NCBI GenBank assembly: GCA_020891255.1
Contig: BQFW01000001.1
Span: 1,922,001 to 1,986,000 of the forward strand
DNA length: 64,000 nucleotides
Source of the DNA: Entomortierella parvispora E1425
Lineage: Eukaryota; Fungi; Mortierellomycota
Reading direction: 5' to 3'
Part shown: positions 1 to 14,909 of the stretch, in pieces
Layout of the letters: each line of letters starts with the position of its first letter
How positions within the stretch are numbered: the stretch's first letter is position 1
Translations under genes and position numbers: made by a program
The notes under the pieces: model-generated
Database searches by the model: none
Seen by the model: only the letters and a program-made list of their open reading frames with translations
What the model was told of the DNA's origin: nothing

Positions 1-1927
<1,927 letters not shown>

Positions 1928-2616
1928 AGAGCGAGAAACAAAAACAAAGAGGACGCGGTCACCAAGACAAAAAGACAGGGAGGATCAGTTTTTTGAATTA
2001 CGAAAAGAAAAGAAGCAGGGTGCCTCCTGGCCACAAAAGAAAAACAAATGGAAAAAGGGATCGCAATGCGAAGATCCAACGCCTGCCACATAATAAAAAC
2101 TGCGAGATTTTCTAATTACTTGAAGAGCTGCAATGCCAAGGCGATGGTGGGCAAGGTGTGGGGATATGGACAAGAACGTCGAGGGAGAGATGATAATACG
2201 ACTTTGCCAATGCTCTTTTTTTTTGCAATCCTTCTCTTCTTCCCATTCTTCCTTCACCATAAAAATACTCCCCCTTTCAAGTCCTTCCCTAAACCTTTCC
2301 CCTCCCAAACGCCTTCTCATGAATCCTCCCTCCACCAGTCAATGGTGCACTCATTGCCGAGAAGGGACCCGTGCCAACAATGACAAGGTCTGTGAGGGCA
2401 GCGGTATGCTCTGTGGTCCTGTCCATGATCTAGAGATGCAGCTTCTGCCAACGTGTGATAGTCCAGCAGCCATCCCAAACCGACCAAATGCACCGCATGT
2501 GCTAGATTGAAAACCTCAAACGACAAAGAACTCAAGAAAACTTTGGATGGGTTCCTATTATGGGTCGGTCAATCTTTTTCCTTCCCCTCTCTGCCCGTGA
2601 CATTCTTGATGAAAAG

Positions 2617-2619
<3 letters not shown>

Positions 2620-2648
<29 letters not shown>
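2620..2648. repeat. (CT)n microsatellite
   Basis: Direct dinucleotide run. Confidence 0.9.
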
Positions 2649-3011
2649 CTTCCTTTCGTGCCCTCTGCTTTCCTCTTGGATATGGAAGAGATCTCGTATT
2701 CTCCCTCAAGAGCTGAAATACATCCATTTCAATTAATTTTTCATTCATTTTTTCTTTCTTGGGCTATTTTTTTATTTTTAAATTCGTCTGTGAACGGAAG
2801 GATAGATTTTTTCTGACTATTGTCTAATGGAAGGTGGGGCATGAAAAGAACGTAGAAATGAAGGGAGAATGGTCGGGTCGTAAGAAGAGTGGTTGGGCTT
2901 GAGAACATAAGGATCACACGAACAAATAACAAGGAGGAAAAAAAATACCAAAAAAAAAAAAAACGGCAAGAAAAAAAAAAAAAAAAAAGAACTATTACAG
3001 GGCTGGGCTAA

Positions 3012-5913
3012 TCAATAACCGCGACCATGATGACCAGCACCATGACCACGCTGTTCTCCTCCACTACCATTCGATGGGCTCAACCCTGAATGGACTGCCA
3101 AACTCGAACCCAAGACACCATCATGGGCTGGATTGTAGGTGAATCCCTTGAATTGGAGTTGAACCGTCTCACTCAAGAACGACGACTCTACTACTGAATC
3201 CAATGGCTCCTCGGACGTAAACTCTTCATCGAAATTTGAAGTATCAATGGCGGAGGACACCGAGGGCTTGAATGGAGGTTGGATCTTCTTGGCCATCAAA
3301 TGAGGGAACGAAATTGGCTTGAAGAATGGGTGTTGCTTGATCGCACTCGATCCATTGTTGCCCAGCCGTTGGTTGGGATCCCTCGTCAATAGAGCACTCA
3401 ACAGATCCCTGGCATCCGGAGCTACCTCCTCGGGGAACCGGAGCTCATCCTGCAAGATCTTTCGGTACATCTCATGAATGTTTTCGTCATAAAACGGAGG
3501 AAGCCCTGTCAACATCTCGTACAGCAACACACCCAACGTCCACCAGTCGACAGTTTTGGTGTAGCCCTGTCCCAGTAGCAATTCCGGTGCAAGGTACTCG
3601 GGCGTTCCACAAAAAGTATTTGTCGTCTCGGTCTCTGTCATGCCCAGCTTGCACAGTCCAAAGTCGCAAAGCGCAATATGGCCTGTGTAGTCCAGCAAGA
3701 TGTTTTCCGGCTTCAAGTCTCTGTAAACAACGTTGAATCCATGGAGACATTCCAATGCACACAACAACTCTGCAGCATAGAACCGAGAGCGCTCCTCACT
3801 AAATCGACCTTCTCGCTGCAAATGGTGAAAGAGTTCGCCTCCGTTGACAAAAGCCAGAACAAGGTACAGCTTCTCGGGGGACTGGAACGAAAACTTGAGT
3901 GGGACAATAAAGGGGTTGTTGATCTGCGCCAAAACGGTCCTCTCTGCCAGTGTATGGTTCACCTCACTGCGAGAGATGATGTGCGCCTTTCGAAGAATCT
4001 TGAGGGCGTAAATGCGCGATGTGTCGCGTTTGCGGACTTGCATGACCTATGAAGAAAAGAGAAAACCAAAATTAACGCTATGCACCCAATGACATCAGAT
4101 TTCACATGCCATCCCGACGAGATTTTTTGGCGGGAAGCAAACAGCTCATAGTTTGGGCTTAGCTGTTTGGAATGCTTACCTTGCCAAAGCTTCCTTTGCC
4201 AATGACCTTGAGTAGATCAAAGGCGTCGATCGTCATGGGTGTGTTGGCCTATGAGAGGGAACAGCTGTTAGATCCCAAAATACTTTGAGATTGTGCCTTG
4301 ACAGCGTGATACACCATGTGCTTACATTATCCCGCTTATAGGCGACTTGAACGCGGACTTTTCCTGTGCCCCCTTGGAGAGGGAACCATTCATCTTGCAT
4401 TTGCTCGTCCCAGCGAGGTTCAAGTTTGACGTTGCCCAAAAACACATCCTGACTGGCCGTATCACTCTCCTTGATATCTCCTGATCTGGATTCAATAGAG
4501 ACGTTGGCCTTGGGGACACGGATGTAAAGTGACAACTGAACATCCGAGACTCTGGACACATCGCTATGTCGAGGAGCAGACAAAAAGACAATAGGGATGG
4601 GGTTAGAGCTTTTCAAAGTGTGGTTTTGGAGCAACAAGTTTCATCTCCCAACAGATTGTGATCCGTCGTATTGTTGTTTGCTCCTGCTAATGTTTGTTTT
4701 TGTCGAGATTGAGAGCTCGAACCAGAAAAGCAATGTCCAAATAGAAGAAATAAAAAGCTGCTTGACCGTTTGATCCAATGCTCCAGAGCTTTTGTCTGGA
4801 TCGAATGTGTTGCAGGAACCAAAAAAATCGAATGTTTGTCAAAAATAGACCCCAGATGGACCATGGTGCAGGTGCTCAGATCCAATTGTTGACACTGCCA
4901 ACCTTCATGCTATGCACGAACCGCGCAGAAACAAAAAGAGTAAAACTCTATGGAAATGAAATCAAGCTGTTGCATGGCTCCAAAGGCTGTCGGAGAGTCG
5001 GCTCCACAAAAAAAAAATTCATTTGGCTGATGATGCGGATCATTATTCCTGTTCCTGTAGCTCAAGTCTGATGATCCTGTCCTGTGCTGTCGACTTGCCC
5101 GCGCGCGTGCAGGGCTGGTGTGATGTGGAGGAACTGGAGATAATAATAGGCTGACCATTGACCCATGCGCAGACTGTCCACCAAGAATAGCAACATGGTT
5201 TTTTCTGGAGAAGGATTAAAAATGCATGAGCAACAAAGAGCTGTGTTGTTGGAATTAGTAGACTTACAAGTGCGCTCTGTATTGCCATAACGGGTTCGAG
5301 ACCTCGCCACCAAGAGCGTCGATCAGGACCTCGTTCTTGTCAAACTCGAGGACGGCATAGGGCAGCCACCACTTTCGCTGGAGCGACTCCCGATTGCTGG
5401 TGGCAGGCGACTGTGCTTCCTTGGGAACAAAAGGTGACGAGCTGGAACCTGGTGGGAGAGTCAATCCTCTTGCCTCCACCACACGAATAATGAGCATGCC
5501 GCTCTTGGAAGGAGCTGCAGGAGTGTTTCCGTTTCCGTTTCCGTTTCCGTTGCTGGTGGTGGTGGTGTTGTTGCTAGGGCTATGCGAGTTTGGGTTGGAG
5601 GATGGGGATGAGGACGAGGAGGAGGGCATGTAATGTCCAACTCCATTCCCGGTCCTTGGTGGGGTTGATGGCGAAGAGCTGAGAGAGAGGGCGGCAGCCT
5701 CACGTTCCCTTTCCTTTTCACGTTCCTTTTCCTTGTGCTCTATTTGACCGAGAAGACGAAGAAGGGGAGTGGGGCCAAAGGGGGAGTGGGGCCAAAGGGC
5801 GAGTGAGTACAAGGGCTACAAAACGAAGTTGTCTTCCTGTCGAGAACAGAGCTTAGCCTTGCTCTTTGGATTCTCGGAGAGAAAGACTCACTCTTGGATT
5901 GCAACCAGGACAT
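3012..5913 (-). CDS. YPK1: AGC Ser/Thr kinase Ypk1/Gad8 (SGK-like) with N-terminal C2 domain, multi-exon
   Basis: Micro-exon MSWLQSK from ATG 5913; C2 segments (MLIIRVVEARGL, YAVLEFDKNEVLIDALGG); kinase motifs YRDLKPEN, DFG, TFCGTPEYLAPE; hydrophobic motif FKGFTY. Confidence 0.92.
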
Positions 5914-6432
5914 GACTGTTGGAGGATGGGCGAGAGAAGGAGAGACAGGAGGTTGATGGACTATTGAAAGAAGAGAAGGTGAAGGAGCGACCGTTGAGTA
6001 CAAGGCACGATAGGAACGAGTCGAGGAAAGAGAGAGAGAGTCCTTGGGATACAGGTACGGACTACGAGCGTACCTGTGGGGATGAGGATGGAAAGAGAGA
6101 TAGATAAGAGGAGAGAATAACAGAGTGTGAGAGAGAGAGAGAGAGAGTGAACGAACGAACGAATGAATGAACGAATGAATGAAAGTGAATGAATTAAAGA
6201 ACAAGAGATGAAAGAGGACGAACTTCCTTTTATATACATCGGTCGCTTGTGCCTGAACTCATTTTACATGCACTTTGTGCGCTGTCTTTTCTTTCTTCTA
6301 TGTATGTCCATGTATGTGATCACCTTGTCCATTCTCCCCTCTCCCTCCTCCTTGCCATCCATCCTGTCATTCCCCCCTTCTCTTTCCCCTTCTCTCATTT
6401 GTTACTTCATTCGCCTTTCGCATCCATCTCTC

Positions 6433-8137
6433 ATGCTGCGACCCATCCTCCTCCTGGCTGTCCTCTGTCTGCTCGTCATCTACTGGCGCATGCCAGACTC
6501 GACCGACCCAAAGCGACCCACCAAAGCCCCGCCCGCGAGACCCCAAAAGCCCACCAAGCCCGCCACTCCGCCGCCCGCCAGGGACTCGATCCGCCGCACC
6601 GTCGCTGTCGGTGATCTGCACTCGGATCTGGCCCAGACCCTGGCCGTCCTGCGCCTGGCCAATGTCGTGGACGAGGACGAGAACTGGTCAGGAGGACGCG
6701 CCACCTTGGTCCAGACTGTAAGAAAGAAAAAAAAAGAAAGAGTGCCTCCTTGCATGGCCCTTGGATTGCATGGCCTTGGATTCATGCAATATCTTGTTGC
6801 TATCTATCCCATGAGATCAAAAAGAAATTCACGCAACAATGCATGCTTTTTGTTCACATGAACACTCTCTTAGGGCGATATCGTGGACCGTGGCCCAGAT
6901 ACCATTGCCATCTACAATCTCTTTGACAAGCTGCGCGGACAGGCCAAGAAAGCAGGTGGACAGGTAAAATGACTGGCTGATCAATCGGCAGGGGTGACAG
7001 ACGGTCTGTCTGTGTGTCTGTCTGTCAGACGGATCAACTGCATGAACAACAACAGCATCAACAAACAACACCCTCAGAGTCGACTCGAGAAGCAAACATC
7101 TAGAAAGGTGTAGATGTCGCGTTTATCCTTATCTCTGTTTGACACATGTACATTTCTCGTTGATCTCTCTTGCCTTATCCTTTCTATCCATTTCTTTGCC
7201 ATGACCGACTGGCGCTCAATTTAGGTCGTCAATGTCTATGGAAAGTAGGTCGCCATCTCACAGCAAACTTTCCGAGGTAGAACAAAAGATGAAAAAAGGC
7301 AGTATTTATTTTAACCGTCTCGGGATATCCCCTATTCTGCACCTCTAGCCACGAAGTCATGAACTTGGGCAACGATCTGCGCTATGTCACAAAGGAGGAC
7401 TACGAGTCGTTTGGCGGACGAGTTCAACGACAGCAGGCATGGAACGTCAAGACGGGATGGCTCGGACAAATGATTTACAACAACTTCAACATCACCTATG
7501 TCCACCACGGCCACACTGCCTTCAGTCACGGCGACATGGAGGAGGAATGGGCCAGTCTCGGCGTCGACACTATGAACTTTATGGCAAGAGACGCAATCTG
7601 GAAGAGTGATTACAGACGTGCAGCTATCTTTCAAGGAACAGGCAAGTCAATTCTTGGTAACTTTTTTCGACTTTTTTTTAAAAAGTTCAAGATGAACTGA
7701 CTCTGCAATCGTATCTTGTTCACCTCTAGGGCCAATCTGGAGCAGAATTCATGCAACAGAGGAGGGCGGCGAGGCTGCAACGTGCAGGCGCGTTGAGGCT
7801 GCCGCCAAGGCTCTGGGAGTGAAACGCTTAATCTCGGGACATACGCCTCAATACCTCACTGGAAAGATCCTCTCGCGCTGCAACTCGCAATATTTGGTCA
7901 TTGATGTGGGTATCAGCTCGTATTACGGTAAGCAAACGCCCATTCTCTTGCACAAGGTTACCATCGTGTCGTGAAGGGGAAAAAAATACATATATTAACT
8001 TATCATTATTGTGGGCGGTTCGTTACTTGGCATCACAAACAGGCGGAAACCTTGCAGCTTTGGAGATTCTGGAAAATGACGATGGAACCCAAAGCGTGTA
8101 TGAACTCTACCCAGGGGGCGGAAAGCGCATGTTGTAA
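6433..8137 (+). CDS. Calcineurin-like metallophosphoesterase, Shewanella-like phosphatase type, with N-terminal signal anchor
   Basis: MLRPILLLAVLCLLVIYWR; motifs GDLH, GDIVDRG, GNHE (split by an intron), GHTPQ, IDVGISSYY across ~6 exons. Confidence 0.85.
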
Positions 8138-8369
8138 AATGCTTTTATTGCACATTCAGAGCTTCACAATAAAATATATATAAGGATTAACGAGGAACGT
8201 CAAGAGACCGTGGGTTAGAGCCGGATGTCCTATAGAGCCGTTTGACAATGAAGTGTGGAGTTCAGCTGGTGCGGATGACAAGAGCGTTGATAATGATGAA
8301 ACGAATGCCACTACTAACATCCCTCCATCCTACCTCTTTGGATCCCAGTCTTGGCACCATGAGGGTCGT

Positions 8370-11300
8370 TTATTTCAAAGACTTTTTGGTCACTTTGACT
8401 TTCTGGATGAAGGCGTTAAGGCTCATCTTTCCTTGCGCTTTCTCCACTGCTGTTAGCGCAGTCTCTTCTCGCACCGCTAGAGGAGTGCTGCTATCCAACT
8501 CCAACATGACCTTGAGGACCTGGTAGACAACATCCTTCTTGAACTTCCACTGAGCATCGTAGGAGTTTGGCTTTAGGGGAAAGTTCCTGTCGTTCGCGCG
8601 CCATCTCCAAACTGTGTTGGCTGATTTTCCATTCAATGCAAAAACGCGACGTCCCCTGACTCCGTTCAGGACCCAAATGGATGGCCTTCCGCGAACACCT
8701 TGAAACCATTCTTTCCAGAGATCTCGAATCGAACAATAATTTGAAATCATTTCGACCGGTTCTTCAGAAACATATTCACCGCGAAGAGGGTTGTATGTCG
8801 TGCCCAATTCCAGCGCCAGCTCATCCATGCGACTCAATAACTCATTGTGGTCGATCGGTGCTGCAAGTGAGGGTGGTGATGCTGGATTTGGCATAGGTGA
8901 TGGTGCTGTGGAGCTATGAACACCTTGCTCTGTCGACTGGCGACGCGGCAGCCCCTCTGTCTCCATCATGTCAATCTCGTGGTCCGGCTCGTGGTCTGGC
9001 TCGTAGTCTGGCTCGTAGTCTGGCTCTGGGTCGTCTTGCTCGCGCTCTTGTTCATGGTCCCGCTCATGGTCCTGCTCATGGTCCAGCTCGTGGTCCTGCT
9101 CGTGGTCCTGCTCATGGCCCTGCTCATCCTCTGCTTGCGACACTCCAGTCAAATCTACCATAGTTTCCTCCATCGTGGTCTGCTCATGTTGTTCCAGCTG
9201 CACCCTTCGCTGCATTCCTCGACGTTGCTGAGCAATTCCAGGGTGAACTGAAGGGGCCGACTCTTGTGTACTGGACACAAGATTCAATTCTTCCAAAAAG
9301 TCTGCCATAGAATTCATAGTTGAAGCTTCAACCGCTCGTCGTAGAGCATGGCTGATGGCGAGATTGTAATTGGCCGTATGAGATGCGAGTACATCTGATA
9401 TTTCACGCAAGTGTTCTGAGACCAAAGATCCGACGGCTGTCGCGATGCTGTCGCCGAGACGTTGAAGATCGCTGTCAGTTGTTTCTTTGACCGTCCGCGT
9501 AAATGTCCTCAGCTCCGTCTTTGCATCTTGAAATCCGTTTGTCATCTTGCGGAAGAAAATATTTGATATTGTTAATTTCCCTGTTCATTCTCCTTATGGT
9601 ATGCGGCAAAAGAATTCCCCCCCCCCCTTTTTTTTTTTTTGGCCTTTCATACCTTGGTGTCGAGGTTTCGAAACTCTGCATGGATGGAAGACGTGTTACT
9701 AGATAAGACCTCTGATTCATGCGGCACAGCTTGTGCCATTGCCTCAGCAAGATCGGCGCGATACTATATGAAGAGGGGGTCCTTGAACACGTCGTCGTCA
9801 AAGATCTCGTGGTGAGCGTAGCTCATGAAATTGTCGGGCTTAGTCTCCATCAGAACAGCTGAATCTTGTAGAAGAATCTTGCGGAGATGAGCAAGCATAC
9901 GCAGAAACTTGAGACGGAGGACTACATTGATCTCGGTTGTATTAGGTATCCGCTCCTTTGTTGTGGATCTGTTGAAAAGTTCGTCTCGATCTTCCATGAT
10001 GTTCTCCAAGAGTGCCAACCAGTCCGGATGACCGCCAAAGCATTCCTCCAGAAAAGGAAACACTTTTTTTTGTAGAGCTACAGGAGGACGGAGAACGCTG
10101 CGCTTGACGATTGGGGGCATGCCATTCCGAGTAGAGCCAGCCAAAGCATATGCAACACCCTTTGGAAGAGGATGGAGGTAATGCGATATAGGGGTGGAGC
10201 ATTCCTGGTCTTTTTTCCAACCTCCGCGATGTTCGATTGCTCGGATATCTTGACCAAGAGCGTACGCTAGGTTAGCACCCGAGTGTCGGTCGTAGTGAGT
10301 TGGATTGTCGGTTTCGATTCCGGATCGTTGAAAAAGCATAGACATTCCGCCAACATGAGCTATGTTGGGCAGCTTCTTCAGCCTGTCAGTGTGGAAAACG
10401 AGGTAGATCTGACGCCAGCTGTCGTCGTTCTCATTAATGAAGTCGGGTCTGCGATCTGAGTCCTAACGTTACAAGGTGATCATCAAGAAAAGCACGCAGT
10501 TTACATTAGGAAATGAAAAGCGCTGGAGTTTTATGCATCTGCATGCAACTATTAAATCCCCTACCTGCCAGAGTTGAAATAAATAAAAGGCCAGTGTACC
10601 AAGTGGGCAGAGCTCGACATCGGCATGTCTGACCGCAATACCATACGTAACGCCTCCTGTTTTCAAAGTCCTTCCTTGGGTCATAATAAGAACTATCGCA
10701 AGTGTGCCTGGATGGTCGGACTCCTGGTTTGAAGACAAGTTGGCGCCCTTATTCGTGAACGTGTGCAGATTGATGTGTGGAAGTTGAGCATACCGGATAT
10801 TCTCGCCTCGCATCATCATGTGGTGCGCCCAAGAAGCTATTAGTCGATTTTTCATTCCGGTGATCCTTTGCTTGTTGGAGTTGTGTTCACCGTATCGGTG
10901 CGCCCAGCCACATCTCATCAATTGTCGCATCTTCTTAGTCTCGTCTCCAGCGGCGGCATCGATGGTGGTGTACCTCTTAAACTCGATCCTCGGGTCTGTG
11001 GCGATTCTATACTTGAAATCGTTGATGAGTTTTGCGACGGCAGGACCGGCGCGAGGATGAGGCTCTCCTCGCAGACCATCGGGCTCGCTGGTTTGTTGTT
11101 TGAGGTAAAGATCGACTACGCCGCAAATATACGCCTCTACTGTCTTGATGCTTGGTGTGTCGTAGTACACCTCATGCACGACCTTCGCCTTCTTTTTCCT
11201 CTCTTCTCCATTAACAGCTACATGGATTGGTCGAGACTTTCTCGCTGTGAATGGAATGACGGCCTTGCTTGGGTCGCCGTCTCCATCAAAGTACTTTTCG

Positions 11301-12347
11301 GACAGGCCCTCCTTAAGGTAAAGAACGTATTTGGCATATTCGACCCTGTCATCTGTTTCCTCTTCTTGGACTTTGTTGGGGTTGATCCTACGGTATCCTT
11401 TTCGTGCGCACCACGCCTAAGAAAAGGGAAAAAAAATTAGATATAGCATGGCCTTTTTTTTTTTTGTTTTTTTCAAAGAGACACCATTAACACCTTACAA
11501 AGATGAGTTTCATCATACCCTCCAATGATTCTGCTTTCGAACGTACGACGTTTTTGTAGCGAGGGCAACTTGAGAGTCCCGTGCCATATTGCTTGCGAGA
11601 AGGACTTCCTTTTCCGCCACTCTACTCTCAATGGCAGCCATTTCCTGCCTTGTAAGAGCCTTCCTGGATGGGTCTCTTTCTTGAACGACAGCCAACTTTT
11701 TTGCGCACATCCCTGCCTTCATCTCGGCTATTTGGACGCGGATGTTGAACCACTCAGGAGACTCGTCCGGCAAACGATGCATTTTTTCCTCCAGGATAAT
11801 TTGAAGTCTGTCCTGAATGTTCTCGGGTGTTGAGGGCTGAGAGTTGTGTAATATCCTGGATCGTCGGCTCGTTGCCGATGACTGCAGGCGGTCAAAAAGT
11901 ACGTCTTCCCCCGCCTCATCCTTGTCCTCATTATCTCCATCGCAGACGCCAAAGATATCTCTGTCGTCATGGATGTTCAGGCTTGTAAAGGTTTCGTCGT
12001 CAGCCTCCATCCTGTAATAGTCCGTGTTATCTGGAGTCAACGCCTCCATGAAAGGGATAGGTCTGGTATCAGAGTCGCCATTGACTAACCGATACACCGA
12101 TCAAGAACGAGTTCTTTAGCTGTTAGAGAAAGGAAGACAACAATTGGCCGCAACCAGGATACCACTGCTCGATCAGCATACCGTCGTCCTGAGCGTTTTT
12201 TTGCTTCTTTTGCTCGCGTCTCTTTCGTTTATTCGGACTCTCGATAGCTTTAGCGTATGCAGCGACCTGTTCGGGGGGAGGAGGGGATCCCGAGTCGGCA
12301 GCGAGGCTAGGACAGGACAACGATGATGACCCTCCAAGGGATGACAT
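8370..12347 (-). mobile_element. Crypton-type tyrosine-recombinase transposon gene (NDC10_II-like catalytic domain plus C-terminal GCR1_C); carries a premature stop
   Basis: Spliced exons (introns 11417-11518, 10463-10564, 9546-9652, probable 12120-12181); motifs SYVRKQNHWRAWC, MMMRGENIR, THYDRHSG, GGW, SHYL; GCR1_C-like IRDLWKEWFQGVRGRPSIWVLN; in-frame TAG at 9764-9766; element ends not determined. Confidence 0.8.
8975..9120 (-). repeat. 12-bp coding tandem repeat (HEQD / EPDY-type units) inside the Crypton last exon
   Basis: Units tcatggtcctgc/tcgtggtcctgc and tcgtagtctggc repeated; protein HEQDHEQDHELDHEQDHERDHEQE..EPDYEPDYEPDHEPDH. Confidence 0.9.
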
Positions 12348-13052
12348 GAATGCAAATGAATGCAAATGGATGCAATGAGTGATTCAGGGGATTGGCCACC
12401 AAAAGTGATATTTCAGCACAAGCCTCTCCGCATCATTTCTTCAAAGCCACGATTTTAGTCCTTGTCGCGCAACGATGTCTATGCACATTGTGTGGCAACA
12501 AATATCGGTTCTGCTGGAAATTCCAACATACCAAGCAGGAACCAAGAGACTCTCGGGCCTGAAACGGAGTGCCTGCGACTGCTATCTGCCCTCCCCGGCA
12601 ATTTCTCTCGAAGACCAATTCGGGAATGGAGGGCCGACTTCCTACTGACCCACAACAACGCAGTTGGCTTCGCTCATTGTATGAACACCAAAGGAAAGGT
12701 CAAGGCAGTACCTGGTTGTGTGCGAATGTTCGCAAACGCCTGGTACAAGTATCTATCGGGGTCACTTGGAGCTCTTCGTATATCCACGGCTGAGCATGCG
12801 GCGAAGAATGCAATGCGTCAAGCAACACTTGTGGAGCAAGCACTGATAGAAATAACAATGTCGTCAAGCTTGCCTTGCCTTCCATGGGCACTTTGATAGG
12901 ATCCATATTTTTGGCCGCACTTTCAGCTTAGTCGTAGACTAGATGGCAACTGCGGGGTAATCTGATTCCCTGATCAAACGATCAGCCCCTTCTCCTCACG
13001 TTCCCTAGCGTGTAATTCCTTCACTACCTCTTACATGGAAAGCGAAACCCCC

Positions 13053-14909
13053 CCTCTATTCTTCAAGAGATATAGAGATCTTGCCACAAATATCCATACC
13101 TCACAAAACCTAAATTCTCACACCCCTCTGCCTTTTTTTTTTCTATTCTCTTCTGATTTTAAAAACTTCATTGACTCTAAACGATGTTCCATGATGGACT
13201 GGACTCACTGGGGTCATGTCTACTGAGAACAATGGTACTGAAAAAAAATAGAAAATACTATGCCTCCTCGTCACTAGAAATTTCACTGTTGTCTGTGTCA
13301 CTATCAAATTCGCGGTCATCATCGTCACTTTCACTGTAGTTTTCATTGTTTTCGAGTCGTCTTTCGTAGAGAATCCGATAGTCCCTCCCAACCTGGACAG
13401 TCTTTTTCCAAACAGCAATAAGCTGTGACTCCTGAATGCCAGCGAAGAGTCCCAAAAGGCGGTTTCGCAGTGACAGCTCAGTCTCGTCCAAGTTAGGATT
13501 GGCTGCAATTGGGTTCTTGACCATTCCCCAGACCATTTCAATCGGCTGTAGCTCGCAATGATACGGAGGTGTCTTGCAAATGGTGTGTCCGTATTCGTGT
13601 GCAATTCGGTATGAAGCAAAGGTCTTGGGGATGTTGAGACCTTTGATGTGCTCAAGAAGCTCGAGTCTAGACTTGATCTTGCCCCGGTCATTTGTTGGTA
13701 GCTCTATGCCATTCTTTTCGAACCACGAATGGATATCTCTCACACAGGAGCTTGCTTTCGGTACTGGATTCTCTTCGCGGACATGGTACTTGGCGCCATC
13801 CATGTGAATGTGACAAGGCCCATAGTCTTCATGGAGTGTTGTGCACAGAGCCTCAAACAATCGCTCAAACAGATCCGCATCAAAGTTACCGTGGTAGTCA
13901 TGGTAGTCAGGGGCAATACCCGCCTCTCGGACAAAATCAGGAACAGTCTTCCATAGCTCGTTGTCTGCGGCACGTCCACCCTCTCGACCACGCAATTGAC
14001 CCTTGACCGGCCAGATGAGGATGCTTTTTCTTGACGAGCTCTGCCCTGAGCTTGTTGTCAACTCGGAATACCACGAATGCACCGAAAATGACAAGCATTG
14101 GCTTTCGTCCTCGCTCATTGACAGAGCCTCCAGAAGGCAACCATGTCCGAAGACTGTGATGGTCTAGATGACAATATGACTCATCAAGGAACACCTCAGG
14201 AACAATTGGAAGACCCTTGGGGTTCAGATTCGAGAGGCGACGCTCGATGTAAACATCACGATAGTCGATCACCGCTTGGGAGTCATGGAGGATATTCCTC
14301 CTGCTTCCTTTGCCGTAATGAAGACCTAGCCGTTTTAATCGACGGACCAAGGTTCGCTTCGCGAAAACGATACCGTGTTTTTCCCGCAGCTCCTTCAAAA
14401 CTAGATTCGTTGTCACAGGCACTCCATCTTTGTTGCATGCCAACACAAATTCTCGAATGGCTGCGCCCAAGTCAGTCTCAATGATGTGTTTTGGTCGACC
14501 AATGCGTTTCTCCGAAACCTCCCCCACGCCGTTATAAAACTGAATAGCTTTCCGCGCCGTATCTGAACCGATCCCAGTTATGAGGGCAAGACGCTTGCGG
14601 GCGGTGACTTTGCCACGGTGCTCGTGGAAGGCCCCAGTCCCATTCAAGTAGCTTTGGACGTTCGCCAGAATGCAGTATTCATTACGAGTCAGTCGTGCTG
14701 CATTCCGTTTAAATCGAGGATCCGACATGGTAGAGAGATGGGAGTTGCATCTCCAGAGAGCTGAGTGGCGTCCCTTTCTCCCCTTGAGTGCGCGAAAAGT
14801 CATAACTTTTATTAAGGGGTGGAGATCCATATGAAACCGGACATTCAAATCAGAGGTATGGATGTTTTTGGCATGGTCTCTACATATAAACGATATCGGG
14901 AAATAGAGG
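13053..14909 (-). mobile_element. IS630-Tc1-mariner DNA transposon with long DDE spacing (Sailor-like), bounded by imperfect inverted repeats
   Basis: 32-bp inverted repeat 13071-13102 vs 14853-14884 (27/32), plus cctctatt/aatagagg 8-mers just outside; encloses the transposase; exact termini and TA TSD not resolved. Confidence 0.7.
13258..14728 (-). pseudogene. DDE_3-type transposase (DD86E), frameshifted
   Basis: MSDPRF start at 14728; HTH region; catalytic FLDESY, HMDGAKYH, PPYHCELQPIE; frames 13937-14995 and 13258-14118 join with one extra base in the T5 run 14025-14029. Confidence 0.85.

Noticed and set aside
5761-5800. Duplicated 17-mer ggggagtggggccaaag
   Set aside because: Only two copies, inside the first YPK1 intron; ordinary local slippage
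14025-14030. Possible programmed frameshift as in IS630 elements
   Set aside because: The required shift is +1, not the -1 of A-AAA-AAG sites; a simple indel is more parsimonious
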